32,109 nt of DNA from positions 1 to 32,109 of IMG/VR virus record IMGVR_UViG_3300024500_000075, one strand, 5' to 3'. Positions 1-9,400 of the stretch are shown here, in pieces (within the stretch, counting starts at the first letter, position 1; each line of letters opens with the position of its first letter). A program made the position numbers and the translations under genes. The DNA is from a virus. Taxonomy: Duplodnaviria > Caudoviricetes. The notes beneath the pieces are model-generated. The model had not been told where the DNA came from, did not search any database, and saw only the letters and a program-made list of their open reading frames with translations.

Positions 1-1126
1 CTTCACATAACATGTCAGGAGCTAAAGTATCTTGCAATGTTTTGGCTGCATCTAATAGATCAAGTGATGCGCTTCCAAATTCTTCAATCTGCCAATAATC
101 TAAATAAAATATTCCTTGTGGAATTTTATAATAGTTTCCAGATATATCTGTATAATTTCCAGCACTATCATAAATTTTTATAAATAAATTAACCTCAGCA
201 TTTTTGTATAAGTACAAAAATGATGTGTCTATTGTTTCTGATTTAGAGTATGATCTAAAAGTTATTGATCCTCCATCTACAGTATCTTTATAATTATTAA
301 GCGAAAGACTAAGTGAATTGGCTGTTATATTACCAACTGGAACTAATGCTTCTGTACTTGCAGAAGATTCTTTTCTTAAATTAAAATCTGTTATATATGA
401 GGAAATGTCTCTTACCCAATGTGGAGCCAACTCTATAACTCCAATATATCCAGAAGTACTTGAAGTACTCATTGATAATGTAGTAAAAGATTTATATGAA
501 TTTAGATTCAGTGTTGATGCATCAGTTGACCACGTTGTGCCATTATAATAAACAGAAACTGTTCCAGCATCATTTGTGGTATCAGTAAATTTTTTAATAT
601 CTGAAGATGTTCCAGAAACAGATTGTCCTCCAATTGTAATTGTCCAAGTAGAAGGAATAGAGTGGCTAATCTCAAATTTTAAAACAACTTTATTTGCATA
701 AACAGTTTTAGGATATGTAATTGAAACTGTTGCTGGTTCTCCATATGGAGTTAACCAATATTTATAATAAACTGAATTGCCAGGATAATATGTTCTGTAT
801 TTAACAACATTTGAAGATTGAGCAGATGGTTTATAGTCTACCGATCTTGGATCAGCATATGTTTTTGTTTGTACGTCTCCAGAGATTCCATATTTAATTC
901 CAGCCAATTGAGGTCTAGAAGGTTTAATAATTGTATCAAGGGGGAACAGCTTCTTAAATGGTTGCCGACCATTAATTGTTGTATAAGGTGTTCCAGTAAT
1001 AGAGGAAGGGGTAAAAGAAACTAAAGAGTTAACATTTAAATCTATGGTTGCACCAACACCCATAGACAAAGAGGTGTTTTTATTTAGTAGGTCTTTTACT
1101 GCCTGAAGTTGTGGAATATTTATCAT
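1..1126 (-). CDS. Tail tip / baseplate hub-like minor tail protein (partial, runs off the left edge; absent from the ORF track)
   Basis: ATG at 1126 overlaps the upstream TAA (TAATG). My translation is MINIPQLQAVKDLLNKNTSLSMGVGATIDLNVNS...YRTYYPGNSVYYKYW...KVVLKFEISHSIP..., and the same frame is still open at the edge (...LQDTLAPDMLCE). Position after TMP and Dit suggests a hub/Tal-like role. Confidence 0.75.
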   Translation of the reverse strand, partial: MINIPQLQAVKDLLNKNTSLSMGVGATIDLNVNSLVSFTPSSITGTPYTTINGRQPFKKLFPLDTIIKPSRPQLAGIKYGISGDVQTKTYADPRSVDYKPSAQSSNVVKYRTYYPGNSVYYKYWLTPYGEPATVSITYPKTVYANKVVLKFEISHSIPSTWTITIGGQSVSGTSSDIKKFTDTTNDAGTVSVYYNGTTWSTDASTLNLNSYKSFTTLSMSTSSTSGYIGVIELAPHWVRDISSYITDFNLRKESSASTEALVPVGNITANSLSLSLNNYKDTVDGGSITFRSYSKSETIDTSFLYLYKNAEVNLFIKIYDSAGNYTDISGNYYKIPQGIFYLDYWQIEEFGSASLDLLDAAKTLQDTLAPDMLCE

Positions 1127-1584
1127 TATACCTCTTCCAGTGCAATGTTAACATCCCAAAACTCTTGTGCGGCATCAGATGTTTTTGCCTTTACGCCTCT
1201 TTTATTAATTGTAAAATTACAGTTTGTAAAAGAAACAACAAACTCTTCTGATCTTGCTGCACTATAAGCAATTTTTATTTTAAAAGTTTTCTTTCCCTTA
1301 TCTCCATGATAAAAAGTTCTAATGTCTTCTGCTCCCCATCCACCATCTACAGTCATTGTACTATTTGATGGTAACATTGACCAGGATGTATTAAATGTTT
1401 TTTTATCAGCAATAAATATCTTTCTTAAAGTACCGTTTGACATTCTCTGAACTTTTTCAAATCTTTCTGTGTCAATAGCAAATGGGCCTCTGTTATGCTC
1501 TGTTATTTTTTGCCAGTCTGGAGTACTAGTTGTAGACTTATCAAAATAAAGTATTGACCCTTGTGGTAAAAATATTGTTGCCAT
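1126..1584 (-). CDS. Distal tail protein (Dit)-like minor tail protein
   Basis: 152 aa, directly after and coupled to TMP. RMSNGTLRK...SWSMLP and C-terminal WDVNIALEEV are typical of small post-TMP tail proteins. Confidence 0.65.
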   Translation of the reverse strand: MATIFLPQGSILYFDKSTTSTPDWQKITEHNRGPFAIDTERFEKVQRMSNGTLRKIFIADKKTFNTSWSMLPSNSTMTVDGGWGAEDIRTFYHGDKGKKTFKIKIAYSAARSEEFVVSFTNCNFTINKRGVKAKTSDAAQEFWDVNIALEEV

Positions 1585-4500
1585 TAAAAGTTCCTCTGTT
1601 TTCCAGACATTGCTATCTGTCTATTTTGTTCAATCATTATAGCCTGTGCTATTTCTTGTCCAGTAAGATTTGTGCCATTAACTGTTATATCATTATTAAT
1701 AATTACATTGGTTCCAATTGCGCTATTTGCTTGTCCACCATCATGGAATCTTAATCTTCCAGAGGCATACTTATTAATATTACCATAAGAAGACACCATT
1801 CCACCAGATGCATATTTCATTGAATTAATTGCATCCATTGTTCCAACTCCATATTTTTGAACTGCAGAAGCTTTTACTACATATTCTCCTGCTGAAAGCA
1901 TAGCTGGAATTGAATCAGAAGTTGATGTTCCTGCTCCAAATACTGCGCCTCCGTCTGCATATTGTTGTGCAACAATATCTGTTGCAGACTTTACTCTATA
2001 TGTTCTGCCATTGTATTCAAAAAATTCTCCTGCTTTAAATCCAAAATCTTTTACTATTTGCTTCTTTGAATCATCATCTAGAATATTGGTTTTCTTTGGA
2101 TCTAGTTTATATTTAGCATTATAATCAACTCTAATTGCACTAGACTTAGATTGTCCTGCTCCTGCCGTTCTTTGGAATTCTGCCACTGCTTTTTGGAATG
2201 TGTCTACAGATCCACCAAATTTACCTTGAGCAATTGCAGACTCAGCATTCTTTTTAGCTAGCTCCTGAATTACCTTTGAATAATCTTGTGGCTTTTCTCT
2301 AAGAGTTGTACCATCATATGTCATAGTTGTTGGCATAGCAATAGCATTTGCTGCAGCAACTCCAGCCTTTCCAAGCTTTCTCAAAGCTTCCAGCTGATCT
2401 CTTAACTGATATCCATATGCCTCAATCTTATTTTTATCTGTAGTTAAACCAGCATTTGTAATAAGAGTTGAAATAGTAGATTGTATAGTTTTAATTGTTG
2501 CGTCTGTTTCTGCTGCTGCCGCCGCTTTCTTTGCCGCATCTGCTGCAGCTTTTTGTGCTGCTGCAAGCGAAGCTGCTAAACCTTCTTTTTGAGACTGAAG
2601 TGCTTCTGTATCTTTGTTTGCTTTATCATCAATGGATTCTTGTGCTAATTTTGTTTGATGCTGTGAAGTAAGTCTTTGTATTTCAATTTGTGCACTGGCA
2701 GCCTCTGACATATTTCCAGTAGCCAAGGCATTCTGGTATCTGAGTTGTTGCTCTTGTATAGCAAGACCTGTGTCTGCCGCATCTTGTTGAACCTGTAAAG
2801 CTTTCTTTCTTGCATCTGCTTCTTTTTTAATTGCAGCAATCTTTTTATCAATGAGATCAGATTCTTTTTGAATATCTCTTTGTGCTGCTTTGGATGCCCT
2901 TGCTGAAGCAGAAGCTGCTGCGGCTGATGCCTTTGCTGCTTGATCCCCTAGTCCAGCTAATGCGGAAAGTGGGTTATTTTTTAATGTAGTATCTGTAGTT
3001 AAAGAAGTAGCACTTTGCTGTAAAGCTGCCTGAACAGCCAACATAGCCTGTGCTTGTGAACCACTAATCTTAGAAAGATCATCAACTATTCCAGAAGTAT
3101 AAAGTTTAATTTTTGCATACGCATCTGCTGTTGAATCTGTAGCAGAAAGAATTCCTTTTAACTCTGGCTTTTGTTTTAACAGGTTATCTAGATTATATTG
3201 TCCCAATTGTTTATTTGTTGCAGCAGAACCATTTAATTTATCCATTGTCATCTTTAAAGCTTCTGTTTCAGAAATCACTTTGCCAGTTTCATCTTTTGTG
3301 CCAACAATACTATTGTAATAAGCATCAACAGCATCCATGGCTCCCTCAAACTGTGCTGCAAGTTCGTTATCGTTTACGCCATAAACTCCAAGTGATTTAT
3401 TAAATGTGTTTACAGAAACTGTTGCAGCGCTTGCCTTATCTTTAATTTCCATAAATGGTTTTGAAGAAATTGCAGCAACTGCTTGAGATGCTTTATTGGA
3501 CTGAGTAATAATTGCAAATATCATCTTTGCTGCTTTGTCTGCCTCCATACCGCTAGCAACTAACTGAGCCTTCATTGCTGCAGCATTTTGTACAACATCT
3601 TTTCTATCCATAGCATCAAATAGTTTGATAACATCTGGCTGTGTTTTCTTTGCGTTATCTTGCAAATCTTTTAGTTCTTTAATAGTAATTGATAGTCCGC
3701 CTGTACCACCAGCCATTCTATTTGTTTCTAGAACAGCCTCAAGTATTGCTTTTTGTCTCTTAGCGTCTTCTTGTGCAGCTTTAATTTTTCCAGACAAAGT
3801 GGTGTACTTAATACCTAATTGTCCAGCTATTTTTTCATTTGCCTTAAAAGATTGTGCAGCAGCATCTGATTGTGCTTTTGCTGTTTTCCACATATTGAAA
3901 AGCTTCATTCCAAGAAGTGCTACTCCTGTTGCTGCTAATCCCCAAGGAGTGATTCTTAGAGCTGTGCTCATCATTTTAAGAGTATTAACAAATCCTGCTC
4001 CAGTTTTAACTCCTGCTGCTAAAGCTCTTGTCATTCCTGCAATTCTTGTAACAACTCCAGGAGCAACAATTCCGCCAATTATGCTTCCTGGTGTTCCGCC
4101 AACCATTCCACCAAGTACTGATCCACCAACACCAGATGCCAAATTTAATCCCATTCCAAGTTCTTTATAATAAGGATTTGCTGCTAACTTAGCAGCTTTA
4201 TTAGCTTTGTATCCAGCATATGCTGCTTTAATTGCAGTTATTCCTCCTGCAAATCCTGGAATCTTACCTCCAGCATTCATAAATGCAATTGCACCTTCAT
4301 TACCTGCTGTTGCAGTCTTTGTTATAACAGATTCTCCTGGTTCAAGAAGTGCTGGGATTGTATCTCCACCGCCGTAGCCTGGAAGCTTTGTAACTCCACC
4401 AGCAAAAGGCATTGGTTCAAGACCAAGGTTTCTGGAATGAATATCTCTACCAAATGGATTTATTCTCTGTCTCATTGATGGCAAGAATCCGCTGCGTAAT

Positions 4501-7500
4501 GCTCTTACTGTTGCCTGATTATACATTGCGCCAAATGAGGCTTCGGTTATTGGATTTGTAGAATTTTTAACTTTATCATTAAGAAGGTCTGCTGCTCTTT
4601 TTGCTAATTGTTTTGCTGCACGTGGACTAATACCTTTATCTTTTAAGAATGATAAAAATCCAATCATGTCTTCAGCATTAACTGGCCTAAAATCTTGTGG
4701 AGATGCTCCATATTTTAGAGCATCATTAAATCCTTTTCTATTCTTTACAAAAGCTGTAGGAAGGATCTGTAAATATGGGGCCTTTGAAGTTGTTGAAACT
4801 CCAAATTCTTCAAACCTTTCTCTTGGAAGAGATGGAGTTGATTGCTTTCCCATAACAGGAAGATCTTTAGTTCTTCTTCTAAATCCAGGTGTTACCGCAT
4901 GTACCAAAAATTCATCATCTGGTCCTTGACCTTTTGCTGTTGGAGTTACACCAACTTCTTTCCACCAAGGGTCATCATATAATTTATTTTTTCTATCTGA
5001 GAAATGTCCAAATGGTGTTCCCATTCCAGTTTCATTTGCAATACCTGTTGATGCTCCGCTCTTACCCTTTGAATCTGGTCTAAGGTTTGGAGTTCTTGTT
5101 CCGCCAATTCCAGCAGATCTTTTTGCGTAATCTCTAAGCATTTGAGCTGCAGCTTTAGCTTTTTTCATGTCTGTAAACTTAGGCAAAAACTTTCCTAATG
5201 CTGTTACGCCGCCAGCAAACTTAATTCTTCTTACAGAAGCCCCTACAGCTTTTGCAATTTTACTTGTTATAGATCCTGCACGACCTGAACCAGATCTTAG
5301 TGCAGACCTCATATTATAATCTTGTGTTTTATCAACTGCAGTTCCTGTTGCAATTGTTGTTCCAGTTCCTGGAACCATAGTCATTCTTTCAATAGGTACT
5401 CCAGAAGCAATTGAAAGAGCATTCATTCTTTCAATCATTTTGGCATTAATTGCTGCAAGTGCTGCTTGTGATTTTTCTACTGTAAGTATTCCAGCTTCTG
5501 CAGCTGCTGCAACACGAGCTGATGAGGCAGCTGCTGTGCTTGTAATCTGTTCCATCTTTGGCAAAATAGTGCTGAAGTCTGCCATAAATTCTGCTGGAAG
5601 TTTTCCAGTTGTGTCAATAATTCTTTCAACTGCCGCCATTTCTTCTTTTGATCTCATAGCCATAGCAGTCATCATTGTGTGCCATTTAGCAGCCTCTGTT
5701 GCATTAATTGCTGTACTTGCACCATTAATTGTTGTTAACCCTGGAACTACTGGAACCTTTGATCCAGGCATTGCCATCATTTGTGGATTACTTCCAATTT
5801 TTTTATTTGTCATTGGATCTAATGGAACAGATGTATGAAATGTTTGTTGAAGTCTTTGTGCTTCAGTTAATTGTGCCTGTGGATTATAATGTGCAAAATC
5901 AAAGCTTGCAACTCCTACACCTTCACCAGCACCTTGAATAATTGGTTTAGCTGTTATTGTTCCGCTTCTTGAAAGAGCTGCAATCTGTTGCATTTCTAAA
6001 CGCATTCCGTTTAATGCTGTTGTTAGTACTTTGGCTGCGGCTGCGTCTGAATAAAATGTTTTTTCTACTAATGTGCCAGCTTTAGAAGCGGCTATCATTT
6101 CTGGAGTAAGTAATTTAAATCCTTTAGTTTGACTAAAGAATGCTCTAATTCCTGCAAAACCCTTCATAACATATCCAAGGAAGTTTGCAAATACACCTGT
6201 AAGCATGATAATTGGTCCAGATATTGCTGTAATTCCACCAAGTAGGGCTACAAATTTCTTGACTGGTTCTGGAAGTTTATTAAATGTTTGAAGCATTCCA
6301 TCTGCAAAATTTAAAATCTTTGTAGCAATACCAAGGAACTGTTCTCCAACCGTTGCAAGGTCTGCCTTCAAACTTTCTAACGCTCTCTTGTATTTTCCAG
6401 ATGCTGACTCTGTTACAAGAGACAACTCTCGGCCAGCCACATTTGCCAATTCATCTGTGCTTGCTTTCATAAGGTCTATAACTTGAAGTGTCTGAGATCC
6501 TTTTCTTCCAAGGTTATCAAATAGGGCACCCATTCTTGCAAACTGGTATTTTCCAAACAAGGTTTCAATAGCCTGTTGTTTTTGCAATGGGTTTAATTTG
6601 TCCATTGCTTTTTGCAATTCCATAATTGTTGCTGTAATGTTTCCAGCATTGCTTTCTACAATTTGAGTTAAATTAATTCCAAATCCAGAAAATTGTTCTT
6701 TAGCAACTTTAGTTGGATTAATCAATGAACCCATTGCAGACTTTAATGCGTTAGCACCTTCTGCTGCATTAATTCCGCCTTCACGCATAGCAGTTAAGAA
6801 TAGGGCTAAATCTTTTACGTCTCCTCCCAAACCTTTAATAACTGGTCCAGCCTTTGGAATGGCTTCTACAAGATCTTGCAATGTTGTAGAGGTTTGGTTT
6901 TCAACAGCGTTTAAGAAGTTAATTGATTCTGCAAGTTGGTCTGTATTTTGTTTAAAAGCATTTTGAATTGCAAGTGTTGCTTTCATTGCTTCTTGCTTAT
7001 CAACTTCACCAAGTACTGAGAGACGTGTGGTTTCTCTCAGCGACGCTAGCAACTCCTCTCCTTGCTTTCCAGTTGCTGCAATATCTGCTGCTAGTGATAG
7101 CGATTCTTTAAATGAAACTCCATATGCGGCAGACAATTCTTTAGCAGTCTTAATTGTTTCTTGTCTTAAATTAGCCAAATCACTCTGTGCTGTTGGTGCA
7201 AGTCCACCATAAACCTTCATTAACCTTGTTAGTTCTTGATCTGCTTCTCTAAAAGCTTTTGCTGCAGCTGAACCAAATGCTGCCATTGGTACAGTTAGTC
7301 CTACTGTTAACTGACGACCAGCCCACTGAGTATTTTTACCCCAGTTAATAAGCTGATTTGCTCCATCAGACATAACCTTATTAAGAAGGGAAAGCTCCAT
7401 TCTTGCAATTTTAGTTTTATTTGCTAATTCATTAATTCCAGTTGGTACGTGAACTTGAAATTGCATTTGGCCTTGAGCATTTCTGCCCATAGGTTGAACT

Positions 7501-7862
7501 ATTGCATTTTGAAGCGCTACCTGTTGTTTTGCGAGATCACGAATCATACCACCAGCTTGGCGATGATATTGCTGCCAATGCTGATAGTAATCTCGTAGTT
7601 TTAATTTGCCTTGATCAAGCGCTTTGCCAAACTTTTCTGTGTCGCTTGCAAGGGTAACAAAGTGTGTGTTGAACTGATTGCTTTTTTTTAATATATCAGC
7701 AAATGCATTATTTGTTGCAGCAATTTGCTGTGTCAGTGCAACATTTGAAGAACCTAGTTTTTGTTGTAAAAGAGTAAGCTGTGCTACTGCTTTATGTATC
7801 TGACTTATTAAGCCAGAAAAATCAGCATTAGCGGTTATATTAGTATTTATATTTTCAGCCAC
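1584..7862 (-). CDS. Tail tape measure protein
   Basis: 2092 aa, Ala-rich and helical. TP901-type core (LTVGLTVPMAAFG...GGINAAEGANALKS), hydrophobic segments, C-terminal YADGG...SDSIPAMLSAGEYVV motif. GTG start with GAGGAG SD, directly after the chaperone genes. Confidence 0.95.
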   Translation of the reverse strand: MAENINTNITANADFSGLISQIHKAVAQLTLLQQKLGSSNVALTQQIAATNNAFADILKKSNQFNTHFVTLASDTEKFGKALDQGKLKLRDYYQHWQQYHRQAGGMIRDLAKQQVALQNAIVQPMGRNAQGQMQFQVHVPTGINELANKTKIARMELSLLNKVMSDGANQLINWGKNTQWAGRQLTVGLTVPMAAFGSAAAKAFREADQELTRLMKVYGGLAPTAQSDLANLRQETIKTAKELSAAYGVSFKESLSLAADIAATGKQGEELLASLRETTRLSVLGEVDKQEAMKATLAIQNAFKQNTDQLAESINFLNAVENQTSTTLQDLVEAIPKAGPVIKGLGGDVKDLALFLTAMREGGINAAEGANALKSAMGSLINPTKVAKEQFSGFGINLTQIVESNAGNITATIMELQKAMDKLNPLQKQQAIETLFGKYQFARMGALFDNLGRKGSQTLQVIDLMKASTDELANVAGRELSLVTESASGKYKRALESLKADLATVGEQFLGIATKILNFADGMLQTFNKLPEPVKKFVALLGGITAISGPIIMLTGVFANFLGYVMKGFAGIRAFFSQTKGFKLLTPEMIAASKAGTLVEKTFYSDAAAAKVLTTALNGMRLEMQQIAALSRSGTITAKPIIQGAGEGVGVASFDFAHYNPQAQLTEAQRLQQTFHTSVPLDPMTNKKIGSNPQMMAMPGSKVPVVPGLTTINGASTAINATEAAKWHTMMTAMAMRSKEEMAAVERIIDTTGKLPAEFMADFSTILPKMEQITSTAAASSARVAAAAEAGILTVEKSQAALAAINAKMIERMNALSIASGVPIERMTMVPGTGTTIATGTAVDKTQDYNMRSALRSGSGRAGSITSKIAKAVGASVRRIKFAGGVTALGKFLPKFTDMKKAKAAAQMLRDYAKRSAGIGGTRTPNLRPDSKGKSGASTGIANETGMGTPFGHFSDRKNKLYDDPWWKEVGVTPTAKGQGPDDEFLVHAVTPGFRRRTKDLPVMGKQSTPSLPRERFEEFGVSTTSKAPYLQILPTAFVKNRKGFNDALKYGASPQDFRPVNAEDMIGFLSFLKDKGISPRAAKQLAKRAADLLNDKVKNSTNPITEASFGAMYNQATVRALRSGFLPSMRQRINPFGRDIHSRNLGLEPMPFAGGVTKLPGYGGGDTIPALLEPGESVITKTATAGNEGAIAFMNAGGKIPGFAGGITAIKAAYAGYKANKAAKLAANPYYKELGMGLNLASGVGGSVLGGMVGGTPGSIIGGIVAPGVVTRIAGMTRALAAGVKTGAGFVNTLKMMSTALRITPWGLAATGVALLGMKLFNMWKTAKAQSDAAAQSFKANEKIAGQLGIKYTTLSGKIKAAQEDAKRQKAILEAVLETNRMAGGTGGLSITIKELKDLQDNAKKTQPDVIKLFDAMDRKDVVQNAAAMKAQLVASGMEADKAAKMIFAIITQSNKASQAVAAISSKPFMEIKDKASAATVSVNTFNKSLGVYGVNDNELAAQFEGAMDAVDAYYNSIVGTKDETGKVISETEALKMTMDKLNGSAATNKQLGQYNLDNLLKQKPELKGILSATDSTADAYAKIKLYTSGIVDDLSKISGSQAQAMLAVQAALQQSATSLTTDTTLKNNPLSALAGLGDQAAKASAAAASASARASKAAQRDIQKESDLIDKKIAAIKKEADARKKALQVQQDAADTGLAIQEQQLRYQNALATGNMSEAASAQIEIQRLTSQHQTKLAQESIDDKANKDTEALQSQKEGLAASLAAAQKAAADAAKKAAAAAETDATIKTIQSTISTLITNAGLTTDKNKIEAYGYQLRDQLEALRKLGKAGVAAANAIAMPTTMTYDGTTLREKPQDYSKVIQELAKKNAESAIAQGKFGGSVDTFQKAVAEFQRTAGAGQSKSSAIRVDYNAKYKLDPKKTNILDDDSKKQIVKDFGFKAGEFFEYNGRTYRVKSATDIVAQQYADGGAVFGAGTSTSDSIPAMLSAGEYVVKASAVQKYGVGTMDAINSMKYASGGMVSSYGNINKYASGRLRFHDGGQANSAIGTNVIINNDITVNGTNLTGQEIAQAIMIEQNRQIAMSGKQRNF

Positions 7863-7866
7863 TTAT

Positions 7867-8274
7867 TTACTCCTCGGTATACCCCAATCCTTGATTTATA
7901 CCGAAACCTTTGGCAGCAGCAGCTTGACCACGAAGTCCAATGATATCATTTTGTAATCCATTAATACCTTGTGCTCTCATTTGGATTTCTTCAAATGTTG
8001 GATGTTCTCTGTCTTCATCCTCAACTGATGCTTCCTCCCCTAGGTTTATTCCCTGCAGTGATGCAAGAAACTTTTTATTTTCCTCTTCCTTTTTACTTAT
8101 ACCTTTTAATAATTGTATAAGTTCTGGCATTGAAAGATTATCTTCTAGTTCTTCAAAGTTTTTCCATTTACCAATTAGAAAAACTTGTGCTTCTAAGGCG
8201 GCTAGATCTAGTTCTGACCAGCCAGAACTGCTGCCGCCAGTAGATTTGGGTCGTCCATCTTCATTCCCCCGCAA
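7867..8274 (-). CDS. Tail assembly chaperone, C-terminal 'T' part (probably expressed as a -1 frameshift fusion with 8208..8540)
   Basis: Overlaps the upstream ORF in the -1 frame, has no convincing RBS at the TTG, and lies immediately before TMP (lambda G/GT arrangement). Confidence 0.75.
   Translation of the reverse strand: MRGNEDGRPKSTGGSSSGWSELDLAALEAQVFLIGKWKNFEELEDNLSMPELIQLLKGISKKEEENKKFLASLQGINLGEEASVEDEDREHPTFEEIQMRAQGINGLQNDIIGLRGQAAAAKGFGINQGLGYTEE
8197..8250 (-). promoter_or_regulatory. Programmed -1 ribosomal frameshift signal (C CCA AAT heptamer plus downstream stem-loop)
   Basis: In-frame X XXY YYZ heptamer CCCAAAT at 8250-8244, 5-nt spacer, then GGCGGC/GCCGCC enclosing an AGTTCTG/CAGAACT hairpin. 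Confidence 0.75.
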
Positions 8275-8540
8275 ACTTCAAGAATGCGATTGATTGTTGG
8301 AACGTCCAACGCATCTTCAAAAGCATCTCTATCTTTTACAAGTTCTGGAAGTTGTTTTTCCAAAGCTACTCCGCAAGCTTCAATAAGTATGTTTAATGTG
8401 TCATCTTCATTTGTGACTTCTGCTGTCTTCTGAATGACAGTCATGAACTTTCTAAGTTCTTTGATGGTAAGTGGTTTTAGCTTTACCCTTGCTCCATTTT
8501 GTAGTTCAATTTCTTGGACATCGTATACGGTTGTTGCCAA
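8208..8540 (-). CDS. Tail assembly chaperone ('G' protein)
   Basis: 110 aa between tail tube and TMP. KLKPLTIKELRKF motif, TTG start with AAGGAGG SD. Confidence 0.85.
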   Translation of the reverse strand: MATTVYDVQEIELQNGARVKLKPLTIKELRKFMTVIQKTAEVTNEDDTLNILIEACGVALEKQLPELVKDRDAFEDALDVPTINRILEVCGGMKMDDPNLLAAAVLAGQN

Positions 8541-8566
8541 TTTATCCTCCTTGGATACTCCTAATC

Positions 8567-8594
8567 ATTATAGCAAAAATATATAGATAAGCAA
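8567..8594 (-). promoter_or_regulatory. Putative sigma70/SigA-type promoter for the chaperone-TMP genes
   Basis: TTGCTT-16nt-TATAAT with extended -10 (TGcTATAAT), directly after a terminator. Confidence 0.6.
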
Positions 8595-8598
8595 ATAA

Positions 8599-8622
8599 CA
8601 AACCCCCATTTCTGGGGGTTTG
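8599..8622 (-). terminator. Rho-independent terminator after the tail tube gene
   Basis: CAAACCCCCA-GAAA-TGGGGGTTTG, a perfect 10-bp stem with GNRA loop followed by TTATTT. Confidence 0.85.
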
Positions 8623-8652
8623 CTGTCAATATTAAATTGTTATTTAATTGTA

Positions 8653-9297
8653 TTAAGCTTCAATTACACGGTCAATAATCTTACCGTACTCTGCCCCTGC
8701 ATATGCTGCATCAGGAAGAAGACGGAAGGTTACTGGAAATACAGTTGGGTTGTTACGAGCCAATGTGAATTGTGATTGCTGTACTGAAAGTACACGACGT
8801 GCATAATATACACGCTCACGCTTCTTATTAGCTGAGTTACGTGGTGCCAAACCGACAGCGATTAGCTGACGCTCTGTAGGCTCCTGACCCAAAGCTCCCG
8901 CTTCAAGACCAAGTGCATCGTTTGAAAGTGTTGCAGAACCTTGACCGAAAACACGTAGAACGTTTTCTAGTGTTGCTTCGGTAAATTCAGTTGCAAGCAT
9001 AACTTCCATGGACTCCTTGAACAGCTTTGCTGTATCAAGAAGCTGATCCACTGTTACTGAACCGTAAGTTGGGTTGTAAGTAATCTGAAGACCATTATTT
9101 GTGTAACCAACGTTTGCATATGCTCCAGACAATGTTGCGCCTTTAAGCTCACGAGTGTCTGCATCATAAATTGATGTGTTAGCTGTTACTGCTGCTCCTT
9201 CTGGGAGAACAGTAGCATAAGTTGAATCTGTTGAATCCTTTTTGGAAAGGAACATCGGAGCTGCTCCGACGATAATATTCTTAGCTTCAAATGCCAT
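8653..9297 (-). CDS. Major tail (tube) protein
   Basis: 214 aa. NIIVGAA...VGYTNNGLQITYNP...VDQ...TEFTEATLENV...PVTFRLLPD matches siphovirus tail tube patterns. Strong GGAGG SD, downstream terminator, position before the chaperone. Confidence 0.9.
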   Translation of the reverse strand: MAFEAKNIIVGAAPMFLSKKDSTDSTYATVLPEGAAVTANTSIYDADTRELKGATLSGAYANVGYTNNGLQITYNPTYGSVTVDQLLDTAKLFKESMEVMLATEFTEATLENVLRVFGQGSATLSNDALGLEAGALGQEPTERQLIAVGLAPRNSANKKRERVYYARRVLSVQQSQFTLARNNPTVFPVTFRLLPDAAYAGAEYGKIIDRVIEA

Positions 9298-9369
9298 TTT
9301 TTATTTCCACCTCCTGGAATTTTAAAAATTTTAAATCAATGCTGGCTAGGCGTGTTTCCTCTTAGTACA

Positions 9370-9398
9370 ATAATAGGCCAAAATGGTTCATAAAGCAA
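9370..9398 (-). promoter_or_regulatory. Putative promoter for the tail tube gene
   Basis: TTGCTT-17nt-TATTAT in the 103-nt intergenic gap. Confidence 0.55.
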
Positions 9399-9400
9399 GG

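Noticed and set aside
8264-8270. GGGGGAA as the chaperone slippery site
   Set aside because: The G frame reads GGG GGA ATG, so it is not phased as X XXY YYZ. CCCAAAT is correctly phased and spaced from the stem-loop.
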